Positions 12,923 to 25,800 of a stretch of DNA of 64,000 nt are shown here, in pieces. The notes beneath the pieces are model-generated. The model did not search any database. It was given only the letters and a program-made list of their open reading frames with translations, and was not told the origin of the DNA. The stretch comes from Setoptus koraiensis. Its lineage: Eukaryota; Animalia; Arthropoda. Within the stretch, counting starts at the first letter, position 1, and the number at the start of each line of letters is the position of its first letter. The stretch covers positions 11,532,001 through 11,596,000 of the forward strand of contig CM106585.1 in assembly GCA_048013815.1 (NCBI GenBank), written 5' to 3'. The translations under genes were made by a program, and so were the position numbers.

Positions 12923-12955
<33 letters not shown>

Positions 12956-13008
12956 CGTTGTTGTTGTTGTCGCTGTTGTTGTTGTCGCTGTTGTTGTTGT
13001 TGTTGTTG
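12910..13008. repeat. Interrupted (GTT)n microsatellite
   Basis: About 100 bp of GTT with GTC/GCT interruptions; explains the poly-N ORF 12792..13070. Confidence 0.9.
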
Positions 13009-15023
13009 TAACTTTGTAATTGTGTAATTCCCTCAATTTCGGCTGCCTCTTTAATTGCCTGCCTATACAAACTGAGCGCTCAGAGTACAGTTAGCAATAA
13101 ACACCAATGACGTACGTCGCCGTGTGCCCATAAATAGAGGCCAGCCGGCAGACGTTATCGCTAGACACAGCCAGACATAGACACTCTATGACATAGAGTC
13201 TATGTCTGGCTCGTCACACTTGTTAGTGTGCGGTATTAGTTACGCACATTACGCAAATGAAGAATATCTCACGCTGCTTTGTGGCCTTGTTACGCAATAC
13301 ATCGCGTTGCATTACGAGGCCACATACGCGCACTATGCGCCGTTACGTAACTGCAAATGTAAATGCGCCCTATTCCGGTGCTCGCATTCGCAGTTACGCA
13401 ACGGCGCGGTATTGGCAGTTACGTAACGGCGCGGTATTGGCAGTTGCAGTCACATAACGGTGCATGCATGATTCAACCGGCACACTGACTGTTAAACTGT
13501 TGGCATCTCGAATGTTGAGACACACTGACAGACAGCCATGACACCGTCGAGACGTCAAATACGTCACACCCCCGTAACACGCGGCGGCGCTTGATTTTGA
13601 CTCACAACAATTTGTGCGATATATTGCGCGCCGCACCGACCATTGTGTGCCGACGGTGGGCGACGGCGGCGCCCCTGCCAACCGTTTGACCGTCATCCGC
13701 CAACCATTACTCATTTACTTGCACCAAAAAGGTCACAACTGGCACTGTGGTGAGACTGCTAAATAAATATGCTGCCACTGTGCCGCCGGTATCCAATTGA
13801 TGGGGCCGGCGAGCCGGGCCCCAGGCGATCCAGTATCAATAATATGTGCGGTGTGGGCACACGCCAGCTAGATACACTTGCTGGCGTCGAATGCGCCAAC
13901 AATATGTGCTACAATATGTACTCTTGACACGCGTTTGTGCGCGTGCAAACAGTTTCACCGCTGCACAAATTTCACTCAACTGTTCTTGACACTTTTATCT
14001 GGTATCTCCCACTAGTGTGATGCATTCGACAATGTTTGCGCCAATCACCACTGACTTACTTGACTGGCACCGGGGCTCAATTAAGTGCTTAGTCTGTCTT
14101 GTGTCATGTAGTGATTGTATTATGTAACAAGTGAGTCAGTCGTGTCAATTTTGCCATGCGCCATTGGCCACGCGTCTAGACGCCACTGCCAAGCTGGGCT
14201 TGTTAACACTTGTCGGCGGCGGCGACGGCGGCGGTTTTTGTCGCTTATTGACAATGACAACCGATTGGTATTGTGTGTGTGTGCTCGTGTTGGCAATCAC
14301 TTTTATTGGCCTTAATTTGTCGCCACTGAATCAGACGCTCGCTTGTCTGCCTCTGCACTGTTTACTTACCTGGCTGGGTAGCCAGGTGAGCCAGGTGAGC
14401 ACTGGGCTGCAAACAGTGGCGTTTCTATTCAATTTATGTAACATCATTTGGTGAACTTGACACTCGCACTAGAGACTCTATGAGGGTCAATCCAAGCATG
14501 CACCCTAAACGTACCTGTGCCGACGAACACTGTTGTCGCTGTTCGTGGCCCCATTGAGCATCGTTGTCACAGAATTAAATTTGCTTTCGCTTTGCCCAGC
14601 CAGCACCCAGATTCGATATCATCGTGTGTTCACTGGTGTTTGTACGCGTGTTTTGTGTGATATTGACCTAAAATGAAGTAGCTCGCCCGCGTTTATCCAC
14701 CCGCTGACAATTGCCAGTGACATATCGGTGGCAATCGGACGAGCGCTCACCTTGAAAAAACACGCCAGATATCGCCAAATGGCTTGCAGTTTTCTGTCGC
14801 CCCTTTCCATCTGCCTTGCCAATTGGAGAGCGTTACAGTTACACAGCGGTAAACAACCATGACAAATCTCTATGTTTACAAGGCTACATACACACACACA
14901 CACGTATGCACCGCTATTGTCGTTGCGTCATTTGTTGTTATTGCGCCGGTACAAGATCAATTATACCATAATACGATTTCGTGTACATGATATACAAGCG
15001 CAGTGTTATATTGCCAGGGACAA

Positions 15024-15027
<4 letters not shown>

Positions 15028-15055
<28 letters not shown>
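15028..15055. repeat. (GA)n microsatellite
   Basis: Read directly. Confidence 0.9.
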
Positions 15056-15058
<3 letters not shown>

Positions 15059-15769
15059 GCGATGGATTGCCTAGAAAAATAATTCCCTTTCAGTATAAAT
15101 GTCTAGTATATTAGACGACATGTTCAAGCTGTGAAGCTGTGACGTTGGTGCACTCCTGTCCATACATTACATAACACACATCCGCGAGTTAGCGAGCCCA
15201 CGAAACAGATCCAAATCCACGGTGAGTCGCCAGAGAACGTGCAACCCGCCAACGCCGTCTGCAAGCTATGTCTTGAAGAGGAACAAAACTCCGCGTTGTC
15301 AAAACGCTACTCTTATATTCATGTTACATGTATGCGAGTTAGCTAACACCAGCGATGCAGGTGCACCTGAAAAAGGTTGCATAATAATTTATACTTGTCA
15401 CTAAATAAATCCGTTGTGATATTCCGACAATAGCTGACCGACAGCACACGCGACAGCCAGTCACGCGAGCTGCGCCAAGTCAAACGCTAATCCCCGCCAG
15501 CCAAGAGGATTCAAAAAAAAAACTACTCGGTCTAGTTGGATACAAACAACCTTTTTGCGAATGAGTGAAATATCACAACTGAAAAATTTCACACACTCAT
15601 TGGATTCTCTCTCATGTAAAAAAGAATTGTTTTTTGTTTTTGAAAGATTTTATTCCGTCAACATGAGAGAGTTATAGGTAACACCACTAAATCAAGAAAT
15701 ACATGGCAAAGCTTTTATAACGGATAGCTGTAAGGATCTTACCCAGAAAACGACGACAACAACAAAACT

Positions 15770-18700
15770 TTATCTTATTGCTGCAACGTTCCCGTTCATG
15801 CTTCTAAGCTTTGCCTTCGAGGCTGATGTGGGCCGCATGAATGATGAGCCACAGCTAGCCTCACTACTCAACATACCAGAAAATCTCGCTTTCATGGAGG
15901 TTGCCCGCTTAAGTTTTGCTGCTGCTGCTGTGTCACGACTCTCCGGGACAGATTCCCTGCGCAAATTTCGACAGTCCTTTTGCTCCTCTTTGTTGGATTT
16001 GCATCTTTCATACTCCAAAAGCCGAGTGTGATTTGACTTCAAAAGTGATATCTTGTCAGTAGTAGCGATGCCATTTCCGTGGCCATTTGTACTTGATACG
16101 CGAGTTGACGCAATCCAAGGTGATTTATTGCTGGCACAACTTGAGGTGCTACCTGATTTTGATGACGATTGAGATGTTATAGAATGAGAGCGGGCCACTG
16201 TCTTTAATTTCTTCTCATTTTTCGATATGAATGCTTCGGGCAAAACCTTAACTCCATTCGTTATTGGACTTTTGTTTATCATTGATTTAGACCTCGGATA
16301 TTTACTCTTAGAAGTGTTCACGGGGTTACACTTCTTGGCGTCAGTTCTTTGAGAGATGGGACCTGACCCACCTATCTTCTTGTTGGTTTGACTGGTTGCG
16401 GATCTAACAGGATCCACGCGTCGACTGGTAGAACTATGTGGAGGCGCGCGGCTAGAAGTAGGGTTTTTGCTAGATGCTGCTACCTGGGATGATTTAGACG
16501 GACCAGAGATGTGCAATTGTTCGAGTTTATCCTCGCCAACAGTTTTACCTTCTCCTTTTGGTGAATCTCTTTCATCTATTATAACCACACTTTTGGCGGG
16601 TGCATGATATTGTTTGTTCTTGTTTTCATCAACCACATCCTCTTCCATCAAATCCTCTTTTTCCGGCTTAGTTGTGACTATCGCAGATATTGACCTAATA
16701 ACTTGTTCAGAGTCACGTTCCCTAGAGAAGTAAGTCTCTAACTTGGCGCTATCTCTGAGAAGCCTCTCGCTGCGTTTGAAATCGTTGGTTTCTTTCGTGC
16801 TATCACCATCACATGACTTAAAATAGGCTTGCACAGTGGATTTCAGCCCTCTCTTGGTTCTCTTGAAGGTTCCAAATGGGTCATGCCTATGGCTTGACTT
16901 GAAACTACCAATGTCATCCTTATTGAGTGATGGCATATCGAAATTTGTTGATTTCAGTAGCTCAATCAGATCGTTGTGAGTTTGAGCGCAATCCAAGACA
17001 TTGTCGTCCTGTAGATAAGATGTGGCCTTCGAAAGAGAACGCATACGATTTGTCGAACAGTGTTGTTGTTCTTCTTTATCACAGTTGGTTGATGATAGTT
17101 GCGACTTGGCGAGATCTCGCCCATCAGTAGATTCACTCCTCGAAGCATGATTCCTTCTTGCCTCGAGCCGTTTCTCTGACTCTTTTCGACGTCTGTTTTC
17201 GTCCATAGCCACCTTGAGGCGTTGATTAAAAGCTATTAGGGTGTTGAAACATTCGGAAAATTTGAATGAATCAACATCCTCGCACAAATAGTTAGATAAA
17301 TTGACCCGCACTTCTTCTAGTCCTTGAGTGACATCTCTTCTCAAGCCATCGACATTCAGTCTTATCTCGTCTAGAATCTTCTGAAGTTGATAAAAGAATA
17401 TCTCACTATTACTGTCGCTGTCAAGCTCGCACTCGTTCAGCAAATTGTTTATCGCTGCCAACTTGATTGTAATTGATTTAACATCGGCTCTCAGAGATTC
17501 CACGCAGACTTTTGATGCCTCTTCTATGTGTGGCATGTCCTCCTGAATGAAATTGGTCAATTTGAGTTTATCTGCAATATCTGCCACATAATGAATAAGG
17601 AGAACACCTTGCTTGTTCGATCTGACCTCCCACAGCCTGGCCAAGCAGTCAAGAGTGAATCCGACGGCGTCAGCTGCGTATCCGCCAGAGTTTAAAAAGT
17701 TACCAGTGACCAAGACGAGATTTAAAATGTCCCGAAATTGCTGACTGTTTTGTATTTCCATGGCAGCACTCTCTATCGCTTTGGCGGAGTTTTTCATATA
17801 GTCGAAGTTCGTTCTGTACTCTTCTTGTAAAAGCAACGACTCAAGTCGCAATCTATAGTTGGGCACCTTCGTGATGAGTCGCAATAGGAAGCTTTCGGCC
17901 AAAGGTAGCCGGCGTCTATCGGCTGCGGTACCGGCAACGTCTCTCAGAGATCTTTCCTCTTCGGTATCGGGCAGTATCTTGAGCAGATTATCTAGCTTCT
18001 CCTTGCCGATCTCAATAGAGTTGCCTTCATTAATTAGTCTGATGAGGCCTTCGTGCGACGAGCGACATTGTTTCAAGAAGATATTCACATTCAATGACTT
18101 CTTACTGTCCAATAAATTGAGCGGTACACATTTGGTGTGTTGATCTTGTGATTCGCCATATGAGATGCGGTCTTGGTCGTCGCAAGAGGAGAAGGCACCG
18201 TCACTGGAAGCGTTAGTTCTTACGCTGGCCCGTCTGATGAAGTTGGGCGAGTCTGTGCCCAAGCATAAATTGTTGTTGTGCTGTTGATTGAGTTGCTGCT
18301 GATGTTGTTGCTGTTGCGGCAAACAAAACAATGACTCCAGATCCTCAAAGTCAATGGCGGCTAAAATTTTCGACTGGTGCCCCCTTTGTTGTTCGGTTGT
18401 TTCCGCTGATTGAGTCTGAACGGAGGTTCTTCGTCTGCGAACAGAATTTAGAATTTCTCTGATTTTAGATGGCTTCATGGAGGTGGTCTGTGTGGCATTT
18501 GTCTGTTGTTTGTTGCTTGTTGGCGGTTGTATCTCCTTGAGGGCGTTGTTTGTCTTGGCAATCAAATACCAAATATTAGTGCTTGAGCCAGTGACATTAC
18601 CCTCGTTGACTGGAGAACTCACTGATGATAAGACTTTTCTTTTTGGTATTTTCTTCCAATTTAGCGATTTCATCTTAGCATTGGGTCGAATGGTGGCCAC

Positions 18701-18958
18701 ATTGACAAGATCCACGAGGTTCACGGTAGCGGGAACTTGGCACTGACCGGCGTTTGTAGGTACTGGGGGCGGTGGCGGTGCAGGGATGTTGCAAATATCC
18801 CTACGTTGACTTGTGGGTGCATTACATGTTGTAAAGTCGGGCATTGGTGGCGGTTGTCTGGCAGGCTGATGGGGATTTGTCGTTGCGGTTGCCTGGTCAG
18901 TTGTTGTTGCCGGCTGATAATTGTCGCTACTAATTGAAATGTCTAGCATTGTAGACAT
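15770..18958 (-). CDS. FHDC1: FH2-domain formin, INF1/FHDC1 (Form3)-type, apparently intronless CDS
   Basis: Short FH1 (PAPPPPPVP); FH2 motifs MKSLNWKKIP, IDFEDLESLF, LLDSKKSLNVNIFLKQ, GNFLNSGGYAADAVGFTL; no GBD/DID; long basic Ser-rich tail ending in FMRPTSASKAK. First ATG 18958 (ORF open from 18988). A possible acceptor (tttttaaccctattgccag) upstream suggests a further 5' exon. Formin is certain; the subfamily symbol is less so. Confidence 0.88.
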   Translation of the reverse strand: MSTMLDISISSDNYQPATTTDQATATTNPHQPARQPPPMPDFTTCNAPTSQRRDICNIPAPPPPPVPTNAGQCQVPATVNLVDLVNVATIRPNAKMKSLNWKKIPKRKVLSSVSSPVNEGNVTGSSTNIWYLIAKTNNALKEIQPPTSNKQQTNATQTTSMKPSKIREILNSVRRRRTSVQTQSAETTEQQRGHQSKILAAIDFEDLESLFCLPQQQQHQQQLNQQHNNNLCLGTDSPNFIRRASVRTNASSDGAFSSCDDQDRISYGESQDQHTKCVPLNLLDSKKSLNVNIFLKQCRSSHEGLIRLINEGNSIEIGKEKLDNLLKILPDTEEERSLRDVAGTAADRRRLPLAESFLLRLITKVPNYRLRLESLLLQEEYRTNFDYMKNSAKAIESAAMEIQNSQQFRDILNLVLVTGNFLNSGGYAADAVGFTLDCLARLWEVRSNKQGVLLIHYVADIADKLKLTNFIQEDMPHIEEASKVCVESLRADVKSITIKLAAINNLLNECELDSDSNSEIFFYQLQKILDEIRLNVDGLRRDVTQGLEEVRVNLSNYLCEDVDSFKFSECFNTLIAFNQRLKVAMDENRRRKESEKRLEARRNHASRSESTDGRDLAKSQLSSTNCDKEEQQHCSTNRMRSLSKATSYLQDDNVLDCAQTHNDLIELLKSTNFDMPSLNKDDIGSFKSSHRHDPFGTFKRTKRGLKSTVQAYFKSCDGDSTKETNDFKRSERLLRDSAKLETYFSRERDSEQVIRSISAIVTTKPEKEDLMEEDVVDENKNKQYHAPAKSVVIIDERDSPKGEGKTVGEDKLEQLHISGPSKSSQVAASSKNPTSSRAPPHSSTSRRVDPVRSATSQTNKKIGGSGPISQRTDAKKCNPVNTSKSKYPRSKSMINKSPITNGVKVLPEAFISKNEKKLKTVARSHSITSQSSSKSGSTSSCASNKSPWIASTRVSSTNGHGNGIATTDKISLLKSNHTRLLEYERCKSNKEEQKDCRNLRRESVPESRDTAAAAKLKRATSMKARFSGMLSSEASCGSSFMRPTSASKAKLRSMNGNVAAIR

Positions 18959-21900
18959 CGTAATAACAATTACTATTATCACTGGCAATAGGGTTAAAAA
19001 TAAAAATAATATTCTCTAATTCATCGGCGTTCATAAAATAATAATAATAATGATAAAAAAAAATAATAATAATAATGGTAGTATAGTCACTGGTGTAACA
19101 ATGATGATAATGTCGGTTGCGGTAGTACAATAGTCGACAACAGCCTATGCGACTGTGTGTAGTTTAGTTGCCGCTCAGACGTGCCAAACAGCACAACGCG
19201 CTCGAGCGTCAGCAATGCGCTTGTTGCTGCCGTCACAACAACAGGCATGACAGTCGGTGGTGAAACAGCTATTACATATTTATGTTTGTGTTTTTACGTG
19301 AATTTTGTTGTTCATATCGAGAATGAGATTGAGAGTGAAAGTGAGAGAAAGAAAAATAAAAATAACATCTTGTCAGTCGCGAGAGATCTTTTCTCTGTCT
19401 TTGCAAATGACGAACTGTTGCCGATTCGGCCACGACGAGAACAGTTTTTCCAGCACAGCTCGTCGAATGTCGAATCGAAGCGTTCAATTCGAACGAGTGG
19501 GTGCACTATATTTAGTGCCCTTTAAAACAACAAAGCAGCCGTATGTGATAATTAAAAATAAACACTTGCTATTGCTGGAAATTAATCAAAAGAAAAAGCA
19601 CATAACAACAAAAAACAACACCTTCTCATTGGTGGACTCAACGGAGCCCAAACAGAAATAAGCGTGGGCGATTTGCTAATAACGCGTTATAAATAGATAG
19701 CTATCTGATCCACCACCGTCCCCAATTACAGTAAGCCCATCCACAACTAAAGAACAACACGCGCTTAACCTTGATTTCTTTCAGGCTATCTATAGAACAG
19801 TTGCCAAGAGCTGTTGTCTCTTATTGAACGAAATCAATGATGAGTACCTGGTTTTTCTCCTATCTCACTTAGTTGGTAGCATTTTGTTTCCTTCGTTACA
19901 CTTGTTCCCACAACTATAGAAGCCTAGCAACAACAAACAGCTAACAAGGATTGTTCTTTAGGTGTGCCCTAGTTTGGTAAAAGCGTCAACGCGCGTCAAA
20001 CTTGCATTTTGAGTCATTCGCAGATTATTTGGGCTTGTTGTTGTTGATTCATCTCATACATAACACCATCTATCTAACTGATGTATGCTCTCGAAATACA
20101 TTAGCAGCTTGTTCACAGGCAACATGTAAGATCAGCTTCGCACATTGACAAATGTGTCACAAATCAAGCATATAATAAATTAAGAAGAGTACAGTTATTA
20201 TTAGTGCTGATTTGAATATGGTAAAGCTGGTTATTGGTTGATCACAAAATACAAGCATCAGTTTGCTCAGGTTACTCTACTATCAGTCCATACTATCTTG
20301 ATGATTCTTTCCTAATGGTCATATCGCTATTATCTATCGTGATTCTAGGACGGCAACTTTTGAATCGAAAGTTTTGATCGACAATAACCATTACATTTTA
20401 TTTTATGTTTGTTAAGTCAACAGAGAAATCAAACAATTTCTCAGCGCGGTCATTATCGACTATTGTTTTCATACACTCAGAAAACGGCATCTTGATAAGA
20501 GGATAAATCACCTGATATACACAGTTAGGTTTTTTTTTGTCTTGACTGTTGTATACAAGTGTAGTACTTTGACAAACACGGTTGACCACACATTATTATC
20601 GACCATACAACTATTTGTGTGTGATCCGCCCACGTGAATTTCAGTTTGAGTTCATGTGCAGGAATCTGATCGCGATCACATTCATTAACGTTATGTCATA
20701 GCAATAGCGCATTCCAGCAAAACTTGTTGAGTGTTTTGTTCACTTTCTTTCCTTTCACACGGACAGGTCACTGTTGTTTATTAGTTTGAGTATAAGATCA
20801 TTTCAAGGTCATATTGCTTATGTGCTCCATCTGATGCGCCGCTCGCCCCATGTGGTCGTCCTCAAGAGTCACCTGTCTAAATAGAGCTGGCACTCATTGG
20901 CCAGATATGATACTTGTGTCATCTATCAATATTTGATTGGTATGTCGATGAATTGACAGTTACTATTGCATCTCGTCACAGTTGTATGGTGACTAGAGAG
21001 CTTATGATGCTTGTAAATTTGCGAAGAGAAAAATCGTCAAACTGTTTGTGTAAGTTCACTCGCTCTCTTGGGGGGAGTCTATAAAAGATATTCAGCTCAG
21101 CCATTAGACACCTGAACTTAGTTTGTTTAACATTTGTTTATTTATTTTGCCAAGTTGTCGCTTATTTGTCCAATGTTGTGCCCGCTCTCCAGTCACTTTA
21201 TGGGTTTACGCACTCCGAAAGGTGTCCCTCCCAACGATCGACTATTAGCGTATGTTACATGACATGAGAAAATTGATGTATCAGTGTTTATTTTTCTGTG
21301 TATGTGTATTGACGAATTGATGTTAGGTCGTGAATAATAACACAATGTTCAAAGTAATTACAAGTGTTTATTGCTCTATTTATCTAGTTGTGCACACTAT
21401 TTATTGTCGGCCAACGCAGTGAGTGTGTGTGTGTGTAGTAAATCTCTAGATCGTTTAAATTTGAGCCGGTGCTGGTATCTCATGCGCAACGATGGCTATG
21501 TGTATTTTGGTTGCCATGATAGGTTGACCGAAATGCAAGTGGACCCTTTAGTTGTTTTATTGTTTGTTTGTGCCATTACCATTGTTTGGGCGCACACGGC
21601 TCACAATGCAAGTGCGAGTGTAACGACAACGATCTTGTACATCTTCTCACATAATCTCATACATAATGTGTGTGTCGAACAATTGAAACAAGCGGCCACA
21701 TGTGCAAACCAACCAGACCGAAAGTTCTATATATACACGTCGACGGCGAACGTGATTAGATGGCGCGCCTCACACATAATGGGTGACGCACTGGGCTGGC
21801 AACAGTTCGCCATCATGATGATGATGACGCGCCACCAGGGGCATGCCTATATGCGAGCACAAGCTTGTGTGGCGCAGACAGATACGCAAAGGACGAAACA

Positions 21901-22884
21901 AAGAGTGATGCGATGAGGCTCGCTCATCACCGGGTTTTGTTGTTTGTGTGTGGAGCAGGTACAAGACAATCCTATACTGCTGCCAATAATATACCCGCGA
22001 ACATGATTATCATAATGCCACGCCATCTCTAGCGCACTGGCGAACGTGCGCTCCAAACGACACAACACATAATAATAGAACACAACAGCGGCCACCATAT
22101 TGGCGCTGGCCATTGTTTCGCCTGCTCGCCATTGTATTGATCCTTGTGTGCATAAGCAAAATCGAATTAATGCGCAAACAGCGATGGAAAAAGTTAGTCG
22201 TGTGTGTGTGTGTGTGTGTGTCGAGTGCGCGCGCTAGAATTCGTCAACTATTCACGCGCGCTTGTAATCATGGAATTGCATTGAAATGCGATAAACTAAT
22301 TTGAGCCAAACTCACCAAGGGCTCACTGGCATCGTCAAAAATCGGCGCCCCTCAACTATGCATCTGATCTCCCATGTGTGTGTGTGTGTCTGACGGCCTG
22401 TGTAATGAAGTCAATGTCTGTCGAATTAGAATTTATGCTGGCCTCACTGCTGGACGTGGAACAGGGGCGCTCAATTGCGGGCAGCTCATTCGATTTTCGG
22501 CGTGGCGAGTTTGCGCCATCAGCCAGTCAAGCTCGCACCACTTGCCGCGAGTGACTTGCGCGCTCTCGGGCGGCCGACGCAGTCCGCTTGAGTTGGGCGC
22601 GCACGCACGCACGCACTTTGAACACTAGTGTTCTGTTTCGTCGAATTATAAGCAACTTTCAAATCGCGACACCAGTGCGCTAGTTCACCGGTAGTTCATA
22701 TCCACAGTGCCACAGTGCCCATAGCCGTTCCCTTATCTCCGATCGGCGCCCATCAGCGCCAATCACAACCAAATGTATCCTCTCTCATTACCATTTATTA
22801 ATTTCTTATTTGCGTCTCGCCACTTTTGTTTATCGCAAATGGACAGCCAAGGACACCGTCGAACAAAATCAATCGGGCGCCGTC

Positions 22885-25800
22885 ATGGGCCAAGTAAATG
22901 ATCACATATCTCAGCACTCGTTCAGCGGCAGCGCGCCCCCTCACGTTGACTTGACCGCAGCAGACTCGCCGAATTCGTTAAATTCAAGCTTGAATAGTTG
23001 CAAGAACAATCGCCAATTACTTAATCGACTCAACGGTGCATCGGTCAATGGTGAGCCCATCGTTGATGAGGGCACAATTCTAGTCACGAAAAGTGTTGTC
23101 TATCATGAAGATAACGTTGTCACAACAAACAAATGCAAGGCCATCACACAAACGGTGCTATCAACAACGTCTCTGGTAGCCGATGCTACCAGATCAAATT
23201 CAATTAATCTAACAGCAAAAAATAGTATAGCACGTACAAAATTGCCTGTGATTCCTCCAACAAAGCCTGAAACAGTTAACAATGAACACACCAAATTCAG
23301 TGTAACTCATAAAACGTCTAACAATAACAACCCAGTGTCTAGAATCAATATCCAAGAGACAATGGATACCAAACATGATATTATACAGTATAGCGCAACC
23401 AATACAATATCCAATATGTACAACGACACTATAGCTAGCAAAGGATTAGATGCCATGACGAGCAAAAATCACAAATATCTAGACTCTGTAGATAGTGAAC
23501 TCAAATCTAAGCGTAACTCAATCAGAACTAATCACGTGGCGCCTCCATCGGCTGAAGGTAACAACAGTTTAGATCAAATGAACATTACAATAGTAGATAA
23601 ATATACCAAATACATCAATAGAGATAGTGAAATAGAAAAAATCACCGACACAAATGAACAAGAACAGATGAGAAATGTTTGTATAGTTCGTGCCAAAGAG
23701 CTTGCCAATCTCAAAACTAGCCGAGACGATAGTGGCAAGCCGAATAAAATTATCGAAGCATCATTACTAGCCCGGCAAAAGCTTAAGAATTTGCGTGGAA
23801 CACACAGTCGATCTCTGGATAGCAATGGAGATGATGTTCTAGAGGACGAAGAAGAAGAGACTGCCTGTAATGAACGCGCTGGAGTCACCAACACAGCTCA
23901 TAATGTTCGATTTGTTGACACTCCAGATCCGACAACTGCATGTCTGGACGAAACAAATTCAATTGAAAAAACAAAAATATTTTCGTTACCTGACAAAAGC
24001 AGTAATGTAAATGATAATGGTTCAATTATTCCCGTTAACGGAGATAACTTTCATACTGGCAAAGTTCTGATCAAGTCCACATCATCAAATTTGGCCTCAG
24101 AGGTCAAATCTTGCCTTTATGATGAGGATCGCCACCAGACACGATCATCCCATTCTTTTAGCTGTGGTTCTACATCGAAAAGAAGCGAAATGTCCACTAA
24201 AAAGCACCTCGTTCAATCATCAAACGAATCTGATAATGGTAGATTGTCAAATCAATTCATTTTATCGAATCACCACAAGTATCGTCATCAATCCTCGTTC
24301 AACAGCAATTGCAGTAATGGTCAAGCTACTGATGACAGCAGCCAAAATGACGAAGGTCCACCCTCATCATCAGTTTCATCTAGAGTTTCGTTGAGCTCAT
24401 CATCATTTAATGATGATGAAAATTTAGGCTTTTATGAAGATGACGATTATGATGATTTAGTTAATAATAGTGACGACTTAACGAGCGCAAGAGGTAACCT
24501 CTCTTCATCTTCTTCTAATAATCAGCTACCCTTGATTGAATTGCTCAAGCATTCTCGCGCTAATAAATCTAACCTGAACAAGTCATTTATTCATCGTGAT
24601 CCAAACGGATCTTCAAGTGATATGACTAGCTTGTCTCAATCACCATCACCGAGTATCCAGGCTAGCTCGTCCAAGTTCGCATACAAGATTAGTATATCGA
24701 CAGCTAAGATTGATCAAGAGAGTAATCAATTAAAGATATCCCAGCCGAAAATCATAACAAGTGGCGGTGAGTTACTATCATCGACAAAATACGATAGGCT
24801 CAACATTTCATCGCCGATTGTTTTAGCTTCAGCAGCACCTGAGAAAATTAATTCTGTACAGCAGACAGTGGCAGCGTCTCCCAAGATCACTACGAGCGGT
24901 CTAAATTTACCACTATCCGACGAATCTCCAATAACCGGAGCCATTACAGCAATAAGCATTGGAAGTCCAATCAATACTGAAACAAGCTTGTTACCCATAC
25001 AATCCGAGTTGGCTGCTGCCATTGTCGAGCACTCTACGAATTCTTCGTTCAAAATTTCCGAATCTACTGTCGCCACTGTTCCTAGTGTTCCGTTTGACAC
25101 TGTATCACCTTCACCAGTTGAGAATACTGATTCCACAACATCGAATGAATCATACATCGACGATGTCACAACTTCAATACTCCCGATCGCTCAATTAACT
25201 TGCAGACTTGATGTTGGTGATACAATAAAAATTAGCAGCACAGTTTTGGATGTTCCTAATACTTCAACAACTACAGAATTGCCAAAATTGACTAATATCG
25301 AACAAGAATCGTGTAAGAATTTCGTCTGTAATAATAATAAGATTATTTTGGATGTTCCCGGAGATAAATATCCACTGGCAGACCGCTCCGATGAACATGA
25401 CGCTGCACATGGATGCCTCGCCAACGATAATGTCTATGGTTATTCGACAGTGTCATCAATATCCGTCAATAACATACCAAATAGTGAATATTCAACCGCC
25501 TTGCCAATGTGTAGACATATTAGTAGAACTAATTTAGTAGACTCAAAGAACAGTGTAAGAGGTGGAGCCACTCTGATGATTGACGATCACATATATGAAG
25601 ATTTGTTCGAATATCAAAGAATATCTGGTTCTCCTTCGATGGGTAATGATTTCGCAAGCTTGCCCGATGATGAAGTAAAGTCAAGCTATGACAGTCAATC
25701 CCAATTTATAATGAATTCGGCAGGGCCATTAAATGTTTTTGAATTTGAATCTCCTAAGAAATCAATTTTCGAAGGAGCCTCCAAGGATGAGATTCTTGAG

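Noticed and set aside
8400-13460. Short ORFs of 60-180 aa and tandem repeats as a possible CRISPR array or transposon
   Set aside because: Repeats are head-to-tail without spacers, the context is eukaryotic, and there are no transposase, RT or integrase motifs.
14364-14530. Possible U1 snRNA gene (ACTTACCTGGCTGGGTAG)
   Set aside because: Only the first ~18 nt resemble U1. There is no stem-loop I GATCAC, stem-loop II ATTGCAC or Sm site, and it is equally a reverse-strand splice donor.
21371-21916. 181-aa ORF between the formin and the RhoGEF
   Set aside because: Non-ATG start, includes (TG)n-derived text, no motif; probably intergenic or UTR sequence.
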